Positions 55,796-64,000 of a stretch of 64,000 nt of DNA are shown here, one piece after another. A program made the translations under genes and the position numbers. The notes under the pieces were generated by a model, which was given only the letters and a program-made list of their open reading frames with translations, was not told the DNA's origin and made no database searches. The stretch comes from an uncultured Acidobacteriota bacterium. Lineage in GTDB: Bacteria; Acidobacteriota; Vicinamibacteria; Vicinamibacterales; Fen-181. The stretch covers positions 2,896,394 through 2,960,393 of the forward strand of contig OY969603.1 of NCBI GenBank assembly GCA_963701315.1, given 5' to 3'. The first letter of the stretch is position 1. Each line of letters starts with the position of its first letter.

Positions 55796-57577
55796 TCAGT
55801 CCGTGCCGCTCAAGCCCAGCCGTTGTGTGGGCAGTGTGAGTGGTTCCTCGTAGACCAGAGCCTCGCACGCACGCACACGCCGTTCTCTCCAGATCGCCAG
55901 ACCGACAACGAGTAGACCGACGAGGCCGACGGCGACCCGCGCGCGGCCTGGCGACTTGAGCCCCCAGCACTCGAGGTTCCCAAGGACGGCGGTTGCCAGT
56001 ACGACGAACGTGGCGGTTCTGAAGACCAACGCACGAAACTGTGTCGCATCAGCCGAACACGTGAACGGCACGAAGCGCAGGTCGCGAAACAACCACTCGA
56101 CGGCGACCACGGACGCGAGCAGGCCGAACATCAAATGCACCGTCGCCAAGGGCAGGCCCCACGCATGGGCGTGAACGGGTAGGAGGACGCTCAGCAGCAC
56201 GGTTGCCGCCACGAAGGCGGCGCGGCGCACGCCAGCCACAGCGGGGCGCGGTTCCCGGACCAGCGCAACCCGGAACGTCCAATTCGCGCGCAGCTCGGCC
56301 GGTACGACCGCGACGAGCCGCAATGTCCCCGCGAGGGTGCAGACCAGGAATGTCTGGAGCGAGATCAAGCCCAGGACGGGTTCTGCGGAGGAACGCAGCA
56401 GACCGCCAAGGCCTCCCCCTGGAAGCAACACGACCAGACCGGCGCATCCCATGGCGAGCCCGGTGGCCAGGTACAGGCGTTGCGAGGGCGCGCGAACCAG
56501 CGTCTGGAGGGTGAAAAAGAACGTGGCGCGGGCCAGTGGATGCCGAACGACCACGGTTTCTGCCAGACCGGCTGCATACCGTGTCAGCCAGTGCGGCGCC
56601 AACCGAGTCGGCTCGACCCGAAGGGCCGCCCGGCGCAATTCAACCGCATATCCGAAAACTGCCAGCACGGTCACCACCGCGAAAGCGAGTCCGCCGGTAC
56701 GCGCCAGCCGTTCGAACTCTGCCAGGTGGGCCAGATAGCGGCGCCTATTGCCCTCTGCGTCAATCGGGACGACCCGTATCTTCCCGAGCGGTGCCACGGG
56801 CGCATCGAGGACGACCCAGTTGGTCAGCACCTCATGAAGCCCGAGGAACCACCCGGCCGGTCCAAGCCAAGGCAGGCCGGTCTCCGAGGTGCTCGCGGCT
56901 TTGGAGACTCCTGGAAGAGTGGGCAGGAGTAAGAACGCCGTCACCAGCGCCAGCAGCAGAGTCGACTGCAGCACGGCTGACAGACGACGGGCCAGCGCCG
57001 AACCCAGGATCATCGACGTCGTCTGGCGGCAGGCGAGTACGGCAAAGAACCCAAACATCCCGGCCCCGGCCGAAACCAGGGCGCGAGCAACCACCAGCCA
57101 AGCGATCCGAGCAACGCTGACTTGCAGCGTACCAAGGAGGATCGGAGGGAACAACACGCTCGGGATCAGGTTGACCGCCACCAGCACCGTCCCCACGAAC
57201 GCTCCGATGGCCTGCAATTTCGAGGTGACCAGCGCCCGTCGTGTCACCGGCAGCGGCCCGAGCACCGCGACGTCACGCGCGTCGAGCGTCAACGAATCCC
57301 ACGACAGGACCGTGGCCATTGCTGTGACGATCAGGGAAATCGACAGACCCAGCACGGTGTCGTCGAGCGCGCGCAGGAGGCGACCACCGGGCGAGAGGTA
57401 CGGGTTCATGTACTTGAGGAGGAGCGGGGCCGTAACCAAGAGTCCCGGGACCATCAGCCCGGCGTAGAGGAGGCCGACCTTCTGCTCGCCGCCGCCGCTG
57501 GGCGCGACGAGGTCATTGTCGAAGAATCTCCGGAAGAACAGCTGCCTGAGCAGCCGGACATCGGTCGTCTGGTCCAC
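55796..57577 (-). CDS. large polytopic membrane protein, putative permease partner of the adjacent ABC ATPase
   Basis: 593 aa with at least 12 long hydrophobic segments. It lies 15 nt downstream of the ATPase stop on the same strand. No soluble domain was recognised. Confidence 0.7.
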   Translation of the reverse strand: MDQTTDVRLLRQLFFRRFFDNDLVAPSGGGEQKVGLLYAGLMVPGLLVTAPLLLKYMNPYLSPGGRLLRALDDTVLGLSISLIVTAMATVLSWDSLTLDARDVAVLGPLPVTRRALVTSKLQAIGAFVGTVLVAVNLIPSVLFPPILLGTLQVSVARIAWLVVARALVSAGAGMFGFFAVLACRQTTSMILGSALARRLSAVLQSTLLLALVTAFLLLPTLPGVSKAASTSETGLPWLGPAGWFLGLHEVLTNWVVLDAPVAPLGKIRVVPIDAEGNRRRYLAHLAEFERLARTGGLAFAVVTVLAVFGYAVELRRAALRVEPTRLAPHWLTRYAAGLAETVVVRHPLARATFFFTLQTLVRAPSQRLYLATGLAMGCAGLVVLLPGGGLGGLLRSSAEPVLGLISLQTFLVCTLAGTLRLVAVVPAELRANWTFRVALVREPRPAVAGVRRAAFVAATVLLSVLLPVHAHAWGLPLATVHLMFGLLASVVAVEWLFRDLRFVPFTCSADATQFRALVFRTATFVVLATAVLGNLECWGLKSPGRARVAVGLVGLLVVGLAIWRERRVRACEALVYEEPLTLPTQRLGLSGTD

Positions 57578-57591
57578 GATGGCCTCTCGGG

Positions 57592-58356
57592 TCAGCGGCG
57601 GGCAACGTCGGCGATGTCCCTGGCGATCCGTTCGGGGTCCTCCTGGCGAACCAGCTCACCGAACACCTCCTCGAGTGAGGAGCGGGCCATCATCTCGCGG
57701 AGGTGACGGACCGAATCGTCCGCCACGACGGCCCCCCGGTGCAACACGACCACTCGCGTGCAGATTCGCTCGACGACGTCGAGGACATGCGAGCTGAAGA
57801 GGATGGTCTTCCCTTGGGCAGCCAGCGTGCCAACGAGGTGCCTGAATACCGCCGCACTCGTCACGTCGAGGCCGGACAGCGGTTCGTCGAACACCAGCAC
57901 GGCGGGGTCGTGGATCAGGGCGGCCGCGATCAGCACCTTCTGTCGCATCCCCTTCGAGTACCAGCCGAGAGCCTGGTCGCCGTCATTCCCCAGGCCGAAG
58001 AGCTGTAGAAACGCATCGATGCGTCGCTCGATCGTCGCCGCGTGGAGGTGGCGGAGCCGTCCCACCAATTGCAGATACTCGCGGCCGGACAGAAACGGGT
58101 AGAGGTTCGGCTCCTCCGGCACATAGCCGAGGCGACGTCGGAAGGCCACCAGGTCGGTCTGGACTTGCGACCCGTCGAACAGGACCTCACCGGCGGTGGG
58201 CTCGAGGAGTCCGACGATCATGTTCACGGTCGTCGACTTGCCCGACCCGTTGGGGCCCAGATAGCCGAGCACCTCGCCGGGCCGAATGGTGAAGCTCACA
58301 TCCTTTACGGCCGGTACCCCGGAGAATCGCTTCGTCAGATGGCGCACTTCAAGCAT
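57592..58356 (-). CDS. ABC transporter ATP-binding protein (ABC-2/NatA-like)
   Basis: Walker A GPNGSGKST, Q-loop, signature YSKGMRQKV, Walker B VLVFDEPLSGLD and an H-loop SSH. Confidence 0.9.
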   Translation of the reverse strand: MLEVRHLTKRFSGVPAVKDVSFTIRPGEVLGYLGPNGSGKSTTVNMIVGLLEPTAGEVLFDGSQVQTDLVAFRRRLGYVPEEPNLYPFLSGREYLQLVGRLRHLHAATIERRIDAFLQLFGLGNDGDQALGWYSKGMRQKVLIAAALIHDPAVLVFDEPLSGLDVTSAAVFRHLVGTLAAQGKTILFSSHVLDVVERICTRVVVLHRGAVVADDSVRHLREMMARSSLEEVFGELVRQEDPERIARDIADVARR

Positions 58357-58378
58357 GGGGCGGTCCTCGGTCTTTCCG

Positions 58379-61036
58379 TCACTCGCAGCGGAGCGTCACG
58401 GTCGGATCCAGCCGGGAGGCCTGGCGGGCCGGAAACCATCCGGCGGCCACGGTCGCCAACGCGAGCGCCGCGATGGAGGCGCCCAACGTCCACGGATCGG
58501 TTGGAGCCACCTCGAAGAGGAACTGGCGGACGGCCCGCCCGCTGACCCACCACAGACCGGCCCCGGCAAGCGTACCGATGCCGACCAGTCCGTACACGCG
58601 GCCGGTGATGTCCCAGCGGACCCGACGAGGCGTCGCGCCAATCGCGATGCGAATGCCAATCTCCCGGGTCCGCTGACCCACCGTGTGCGCGAGCAGGCCG
58701 TAGAGGCCAAGGACCGCCAGCGCCAGGGCCACGCCGGTGAAGAGGGCGACGACCAGGGCACACCAGCGCGTCTCTGCGCCAGCGGCCGCCACGCGCTCCT
58801 CCAGCGAAGCGGGCTGACGGAGCGCGAGTTGGGGGTCGAGCGCCCGGAGTCGTCGGCCGACCGCTGCGAGCGCCTCGGCGCGTGTCAGCGTCGTTCGCAC
58901 GAGCAGGTAACTCCTGACAGGGTCGGCGGTACCCAACGGTAGGTAGGCAGCGGGTAGGGTGAGGCGCTGCAGGCCTGGCCGTCGAATCACCCTGCCAGTG
59001 ACGGCACCCACCTCGGTGACGTCGCCCACCACCCCGACAATCTGCCTCCATTCGTCGTCAACCTGCACGTGCTGTCCGAGAACGTTCGACGGCCCCAGAC
59101 GGCGAGCGAGCGTCTCGTTGACAAGCACCACGTGACGATCCCCGACGTCCGCCGCCGTCAGGGGTCGGCCCTGGCGGAGCGGCATCCGAAGCAGCGAGAG
59201 GTACGTCTCGTCGACCTCGCTCACGACGCACCGATGCGTGACGTGATCCCTTCCCGTCATGGCGTCGAGGAGACCCCAGGTGAACGGTAGCTCGGACCCG
59301 ATGCTGGCCGCCTGAACGCCTGGTACGACACGAATCGTCTCGAGAACCCGTCGCTCGAGTGCCACCCGCGAACCAGGCCCGCCTGGTCGGTCAGGCATCA
59401 CGAGCGCGCCCGCCAGCACGCCGGACGGGTCGAATCCCCTCGGCGCCTGGTTCAGGCGCCACGTGCTCTGCCCAACCAGGCTGGCCACGCCGAGCAGGGC
59501 CAGCATGAGGGTGGCCTCGAGGGCGACCAGAACGTCTTTGACGAGCCATCGACGTCCTGTAGCAGTCAGCGTCGGACGAAGGTGGTCCCACGCGCCACGC
59601 GGGCGGGAGGCAAGCAACGCGGGGACGATCGCGACGACCACTGCGACGAATCCCGTGGCCGCTATCGCAACGACCAAGGCGGTCACATCCACCGTCGCTG
59701 ATTCGATGCGGGGGATCGACACGGGCGCGAGGCGCACCAGAACGGGCGTCAACCACAGCGCCAGCACCACGCCCCAGGCACCTCCAGCCCCCGTCATAAC
59801 GAGGTGCTCGAGCAGGAGTTGACGACACAGGCGCCACCGCGAGCATCCGAGCGCGAGCCGGGTGGCCATCTCCGGTGCGCGCCGGAGGCCGGCCGCGAGC
59901 AGCAGGTTGCCCACGTTGATCGACCCGATGGCCAACAGCACCAGCGCCGCGGCAGCGAGCACCAGAAAGACGGGGCGGGTGCGTCCGACGAGTTCCTCGT
60001 GCAAGGGGGCGACTCGAACCCCGGTGTTCGAGAACGGGAGGCCTGGGTGCGCGCGCGAGTTGGACAGAAGCACGCGCGTAATCTCCGCCACAGCCCCGGC
60101 CAGCGTAGCCGACGGCGTCGCACGGACGATGGTGAAGAAGGTCGGCGACGACCGGCCTTCATCCGTCCGGTCGGAAGGCCTGATCGTTCGCGGGAGGAAC
60201 AGGTCGGCCTTCAGGGACTTCGGGTAAAAGAACTCGAGCTCGGGAGCGACGACGCCGACGATCTCGTAGGCCTCAGGCGGCGCATCGCCAGTATCCTCGG
60301 CCTTCAACCAGAGGCGGCGGCCGACGATGCCGCGATCTGCCCCAAGGGCCCGGTGCCAGAACGCCTCGGTGAGGACGACGACGTGATCGTGGCCGGGTTG
60401 CTCCTCGTCGGGCCGAAACGTCCGCCCCAGCACCGCGCGCACGCCGAGCAGATCGAAGAGATTGGGGGTGACCCGAAAGGCGTCCGCCCACTGCGTGACG
60501 CCGGCGGTCGTCACCACAAAGCCGTCACGCACAAGGCCAGCGACGCTGGCAAGCGTCGTCGTCCGTTCTCGAAGCTCGTACAGGTCCGCGACTGCCAGCG
60601 GGGCGAAGTCCACGTCCTCAAGGGTGCGCCACACGGACAGCAGTCGGTCCGGCTGGTGGTATGGCAACGGGCGAAGCAGGACCGCTGCCGCGACCGAGTA
60701 GACCGTAGTCGCCAGTCCGACGGCGAGCCCGATGGTGAGGACCGTGGAGGCCGTGACGGCCAGGTCGCGCCGAAACCACCGGCCAGCGTGGCTCAGGTCG
60801 TGAACGACGGCATCGAGCCAAGTGGCGCGCTGGTCTCTGATGGATTCACGGGTCTGGTCGACACCCCCAAGGTCGCGAAGCGCGCACCGCCTCGCCTCGG
60901 CTGGAGTCATCCCGCGGTCAAGGTTTTCGCGCGTTTCCATCTCGACGTGGAACAGGAGTTCCTCGTCGACTTCGTGCTCGACCTCACGACGCGTGAGCAG
61001 GTTCCGCAGCCAGCCAATGATTCGACCGGACATCAC
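58379..61036 (-). CDS. ADOP-family duplicated FtsX/MacB-like ABC permease
   Basis: The N-terminus MMSGRIIGWLRNLLTRREVEHEVDEELLFHVEMETRENLDRGMTPAEARRCALRDLGG is diagnostic of PadR-linked ADOP permeases. Two FtsX modules; 885 aa. Confidence 0.9.
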   Translation of the reverse strand: MMSGRIIGWLRNLLTRREVEHEVDEELLFHVEMETRENLDRGMTPAEARRCALRDLGGVDQTRESIRDQRATWLDAVVHDLSHAGRWFRRDLAVTASTVLTIGLAVGLATTVYSVAAAVLLRPLPYHQPDRLLSVWRTLEDVDFAPLAVADLYELRERTTTLASVAGLVRDGFVVTTAGVTQWADAFRVTPNLFDLLGVRAVLGRTFRPDEEQPGHDHVVVLTEAFWHRALGADRGIVGRRLWLKAEDTGDAPPEAYEIVGVVAPELEFFYPKSLKADLFLPRTIRPSDRTDEGRSSPTFFTIVRATPSATLAGAVAEITRVLLSNSRAHPGLPFSNTGVRVAPLHEELVGRTRPVFLVLAAAALVLLAIGSINVGNLLLAAGLRRAPEMATRLALGCSRWRLCRQLLLEHLVMTGAGGAWGVVLALWLTPVLVRLAPVSIPRIESATVDVTALVVAIAATGFVAVVVAIVPALLASRPRGAWDHLRPTLTATGRRWLVKDVLVALEATLMLALLGVASLVGQSTWRLNQAPRGFDPSGVLAGALVMPDRPGGPGSRVALERRVLETIRVVPGVQAASIGSELPFTWGLLDAMTGRDHVTHRCVVSEVDETYLSLLRMPLRQGRPLTAADVGDRHVVLVNETLARRLGPSNVLGQHVQVDDEWRQIVGVVGDVTEVGAVTGRVIRRPGLQRLTLPAAYLPLGTADPVRSYLLVRTTLTRAEALAAVGRRLRALDPQLALRQPASLEERVAAAGAETRWCALVVALFTGVALALAVLGLYGLLAHTVGQRTREIGIRIAIGATPRRVRWDITGRVYGLVGIGTLAGAGLWWVSGRAVRQFLFEVAPTDPWTLGASIAALALATVAAGWFPARQASRLDPTVTLRCE

Positions 61037-61054
61037 CGACCCCCGCGTGGCCCG

Positions 61055-61381
61055 TCAGGTGTGCTGCAGGATCCGTCCCATCGACACCACGAACTGCTCC
61101 CAGCTCGCCGTCTCACGCTCGAGGTGCCGGCGCCCGGCCGCGGTCAGGGTGTAGACGCGGGCGCGGCGGTTGTGTTCGGAAGGGACCATCTCGGACTTCA
61201 GGAAGCCCTTGAGCTCAAGCCGGTGCAGGGCCGGATAGAGCGACCCTTGACTGGCGTCCAATGCCTCCAGGGACATCTGGCGGATTCGCTGGGAGATGCC
61301 CCACCCGTGGTTTGGCCCGAGGGCGAGGACCTTGAGCACCACGACGTCGAGGGTGCCTTGCAACAACTCGGCTTTCTGCAC
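61055..61381 (-). CDS. PadR-family transcriptional regulator
   Basis: GTG start with a GAGGAG RBS. LLQGTLDVVVLKVLALGPNHGWGISQRIRQMS...GSLYPALHRLELKGFL is the PadR winged helix. Confidence 0.9.
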   Translation of the reverse strand: MQKAELLQGTLDVVVLKVLALGPNHGWGISQRIRQMSLEALDASQGSLYPALHRLELKGFLKSEMVPSEHNRRARVYTLTAAGRRHLERETASWEQFVVSMGRILQHT

Positions 61382-61388
61382 GACATCT

Positions 61389-61407
61389 CCTCTCGTATGC
61401 CGAGAGG
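61389..61407 (-). promoter_or_regulatory. perfect 7-bp inverted repeat (CCTCTCG-N5-CGAGAGG) overlapping the PadR Shine-Dalgarno
   Basis: On the mRNA strand it reads CCTCTCG GCATA CGAGAGG AGATGTC GTG. The 3' arm contains the SD purines. Confidence 0.4.
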
Positions 61408-61717
61408 AATGTATACGCGCGCGGTGACCCTGTCAAGTCACTACGGAGCGGTGCATCGGACCGCACCGACGTACTCGACGCTGACCCTGCGCTCGACTGT
61501 CGTAAGTGCGACTCACATCGCGGAGTTGCGGACCGCGCTGCAGGCCGTCTGGTAGGCGCCGCGGCCGTCAGCTCCCGGTCGATCTTCAACCAACACCCGG
61601 CTTGGAACCGTGAAACCAGATGCGTGGGGGAACCCACAGGCCGGAATGTCACGCCGCTCGTTCGCGTCAATTCCCGACCGGTGGCGACAGCACGGACGAG
61701 GGTGGCCGAGGTCGGTC

Positions 61718-63271
61718 CTAGCGACGGGGTGCGCTCCGGCCTTCCCGTTTGTAGGTGTCGAGCAGGGCCTGCAGTTCCCGGACGATGTCGGGCCGCTTCT
61801 CCCAGAAGTCGTTCCGCTCCGCCGGGTCGTCGACCAGGTTGTAGAGCTGCCCGGGCGTCCCGGGCTGGGGCGGAGTGCCGGCGGGTGCCATCCATCCGCC
61901 GGACGTCTTGTTGTCGAGGACGAGTTTCCAGGCGCCGCGCCGAATGGCAAAGGTGCCGTTCTCCGAGTGCAGGACGAGCGCCTCGCGGATGGGCGTCGCC
62001 CGTCGCGCGCCGAGGAGCGCAGGCGAGATGTCGTAGCTGTCCGGCCCGGCGCTTGGAGGGAGCTGTACGCCGAGGAGGGAGGCGAAGGTGGCCATCAGGT
62101 CGACGAGGCACACGGGCTCGTTGGTCATGCCCGCGGACGGGATTCTCGACGGCCACTTGGCGATAAAGGGTACGCGGTGCCCGCCCTCCCAAATCTGCGA
62201 CTTCAGGCCGCGTAGCGGTCCGGCCGACAGATGGCCGTTGGTTCCCGGATGGGGGCCGTTGTCGCTCGTGAAGATGATCAGCGTGTTCCTCGACAGTCCG
62301 AGCCGCTCGACGGCGCCGACAATCTCGCCAACGCACCAGTCGGCAAGCACCACGAGATCGCCCCGGGGACCGTCCTGGCTCTTCCCCGTCACGAAACTCG
62401 GAGGCAGCCACGGCGTGTGCGGCGCGGACAGGCAGAGGTCAACGAAGAAGGGGGCCTGCGGAGCCACCTTCTGGTGGTTCTCCATGAAGGCGACCGCTTT
62501 CCGCGTGAACTCCAAATCGACCTCTTCGAGCTTGAAGCCGGGTGCAATCCACCCCGGGCGAGGGCTGCCTTCCTCGCCTTTCGTCATGTCGTAGAACTCG
62601 GAGACGTGACGGTTGGGCACGCCGACAGCCTTGTTCTTGTCGATGTAGACGAACGGGCCGTCCATCGTCGAGCACGCAGCGGTAAAGTACGCCTCGTCGA
62701 ATCCGTGATCGGCCGGACCGCCGGTGACCGGCTGGCGGAAGTCGGCATTGAGCCCGGTCGCGGGGTCGGCGTCCTGCCAAGAGCCAGGCCACAGGCGCTC
62801 CGCGTCGCGCCAGGTCGGTGTGAATCCGTTCGTGCGGGTCCAGCCAAGACCGAGGTGCCATTTCCCGAAGAAGCCCGTCGCATAGCCCTCGGCCTTCAAC
62901 GTGGACGCAATCGTGGCGCGACCGGGGTCAAGCAATGGAGGCGTGTACCCACCCACCACGCCGCGCTGCAGCCAGGTTCGCCAACAGTAGCGCCCGGTCA
63001 GTACGCCGTAGCGGGTCGGTGTGCAGACGGCCGACGGGGAGTGCGCGTCGGTGAACCGGATCCCGGCGGCTGCCAGCTTGTCCACATTGGGGGTCGGAAT
63101 TCTGGAGGCGGGATTGAAGCACCCCGGGTCGCCATAGCCGAGGTCGTCGGTGAGGATCAGAACGATGTTCGGCCGTGCCGGGGAATCCCGCGGAAGGCGG
63201 GCCGCGGTCGCGATGCCTGCGGCGCCTAGGGCCGCGGTTTCCAGGAAGTCGCGTCGGCTGATCTGGGTCAT
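61718..63271 (-). CDS. Tat-exported arylsulfatase (formylglycine-dependent type I sulfatase)
   Basis: Twin-arginine signal MTQISRRDFLETAALGAAGIATA. Motifs NIVLILTDDLGYGD, CTPTRYGVLTGRY (C-x-P-x-R), GKWHLG and FTSDNGP. Confidence 0.9.
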   Translation of the reverse strand: MTQISRRDFLETAALGAAGIATAARLPRDSPARPNIVLILTDDLGYGDPGCFNPASRIPTPNVDKLAAAGIRFTDAHSPSAVCTPTRYGVLTGRYCWRTWLQRGVVGGYTPPLLDPGRATIASTLKAEGYATGFFGKWHLGLGWTRTNGFTPTWRDAERLWPGSWQDADPATGLNADFRQPVTGGPADHGFDEAYFTAACSTMDGPFVYIDKNKAVGVPNRHVSEFYDMTKGEEGSPRPGWIAPGFKLEEVDLEFTRKAVAFMENHQKVAPQAPFFVDLCLSAPHTPWLPPSFVTGKSQDGPRGDLVVLADWCVGEIVGAVERLGLSRNTLIIFTSDNGPHPGTNGHLSAGPLRGLKSQIWEGGHRVPFIAKWPSRIPSAGMTNEPVCLVDLMATFASLLGVQLPPSAGPDSYDISPALLGARRATPIREALVLHSENGTFAIRRGAWKLVLDNKTSGGWMAPAGTPPQPGTPGQLYNLVDDPAERNDFWEKRPDIVRELQALLDTYKREGRSAPRR

Positions 63272-63583
63272 GGTCCGAACTCTCAAGGACGGTCGCGCGA
63301 GAGCGTCGGCAGAGATTGTATCCACATTGCGTGCACAGACAAGCTCGGACATCGCGGTGGGAACGGAACCGGAAGGGCGTCCAAGATTACGCTTGACCGA
63401 CTCTCCCACGTTGGACGTCGATCCCCGCGGGCGGAGGCGCTGACGGCAATGGAACGTTCGGGATCGGTCGAATTCGGAGATCGCTTCGAAACGTCGCAAT
63501 CGAAATCACCGGGGCAGACGCCCGCAAGCGTCCTGATCGACCAACACCGGAAACCCTCTCACGAGCTCAAGCTCCCGTGGGGT

Positions 63584-63862
63584 TCACACCCCGCGGGGTC
63601 CCGCGCGCAGAGAGGCCCGCGGGGCAACCGTGGGGCAATTCGTGGGTGCGTCATCCTCGTCGTGGCGAAGCACCGGGAGCCCGACCTGGTGGGCCAGTGC
63701 GGCGACCACTGAGAACACATGGGCAACGCCCCCGATAGGCGTCTTCCAAATGTCGAGTCCGCGCGATCCTGCGACGTCGGGTGGTGGGTGTTGTTTACTG
63801 GAGTGAATTTGTCCTGATTGGCCCATCGGCCCCGCTCCAGGGGCTTGGACCTGAGGGGCCAC
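63584..63862 (-). pseudogene. possible PIN-domain (VapC-like) remnant
   Basis: Only …VFSVVAALAHQVGLPVLRHDEDD resembles the C-terminal PIN motif (D..IAA.A...G..L.T.D.DF). The rest is unconvincing. Confidence 0.2.
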
Positions 63863-64000
63863 GGGCCGCCGATACGGTCATCAGCTCAGCGGTTGTGATC
63901 GGACGGCGGGCAGCGTAGTATTTGCCCAAACACGTCCAACCGTCGTCCCGGAGACCACGTCACTCGCGAGGGAGGCAGCCATGCGTTGTCCACCCGCCGG

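Noticed and set aside
61409-61555. 48-codon ORF MYTRAVTLSSHYGAVHRTAPTYSTLTLRSTVVSATHIAELRTALQAVW between padR and the arylsulfatase
   Set aside because: The ...THIAELRTAL... tail resembles C-terminal ends of larger proteins, so it may be a gene remnant. It is too short, overlaps the padR control region, and has an SD only 2 nt from the ATG.
63981-64000. Possible gene start (GGGAGG RBS then ATG at 63981) at the window edge
   Set aside because: Only 6 codons are visible, so it cannot be evaluated.

Overview
High-GC chromosomal segment. The gene content looks Acidobacteria-like: two ADOP-type duplicated FtsX permease loci (one with PadR), an Oar-like CarboxypepD_reg TonB-dependent receptor, a BNR/sortilin-like protein, amidohydrolases and sulfatases. 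Only 0-3.5 kb (glycosidase tail, URO-D-like protein, MFS sugar porter) looks like plain backbone. The rest is a mosaic of integration scars and cargo.

Main structures:
- One intact tRNA-Leu(CAA) next to a dead integrase. A 137-bp direct repeat of the tRNA 3' half plus flank lies 13.5 kb downstream.
- Three further tRNA-derived 3' fragments at 38.95, 52.3 and 53.9 kb.
- An IS3-family element.
- An IS1182-family element split by a nested three-recombinase RIT element.
- IS21, IS3 and IS481-type remnants.
- At least five toxin-antitoxin-like pairs.

Candidate functional novelty:
1. A translationally coupled module in which a cytoplasmic sulfatase-family enzyme has Thr at the formylglycine position (TIPCR). 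It is followed by a CPNC thioredoxin-like protein and a CALC thioredoxin-reductase-like flavoprotein. The module sits in a GntR-linked locus with a BNR/sortilin protein, a TonB receptor, an amidohydrolase and an APC permease.
2. An AT-richer, IS-flanked 923-aa LamG protein with an internally duplicated unknown domain.

Methodological signal: at least seven reading-frame breaks fall exactly on G/C runs abutting GTAC, twice in the identical decamer CCAGGTACCT. This suggests motif-linked indel errors (possibly GTAC methylation in long-read data) rather than true pseudogenes. Frameshift-based pseudogene calls here are therefore provisional.

All homology statements come from reading the translated ORFs by eye. 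No database search was run.
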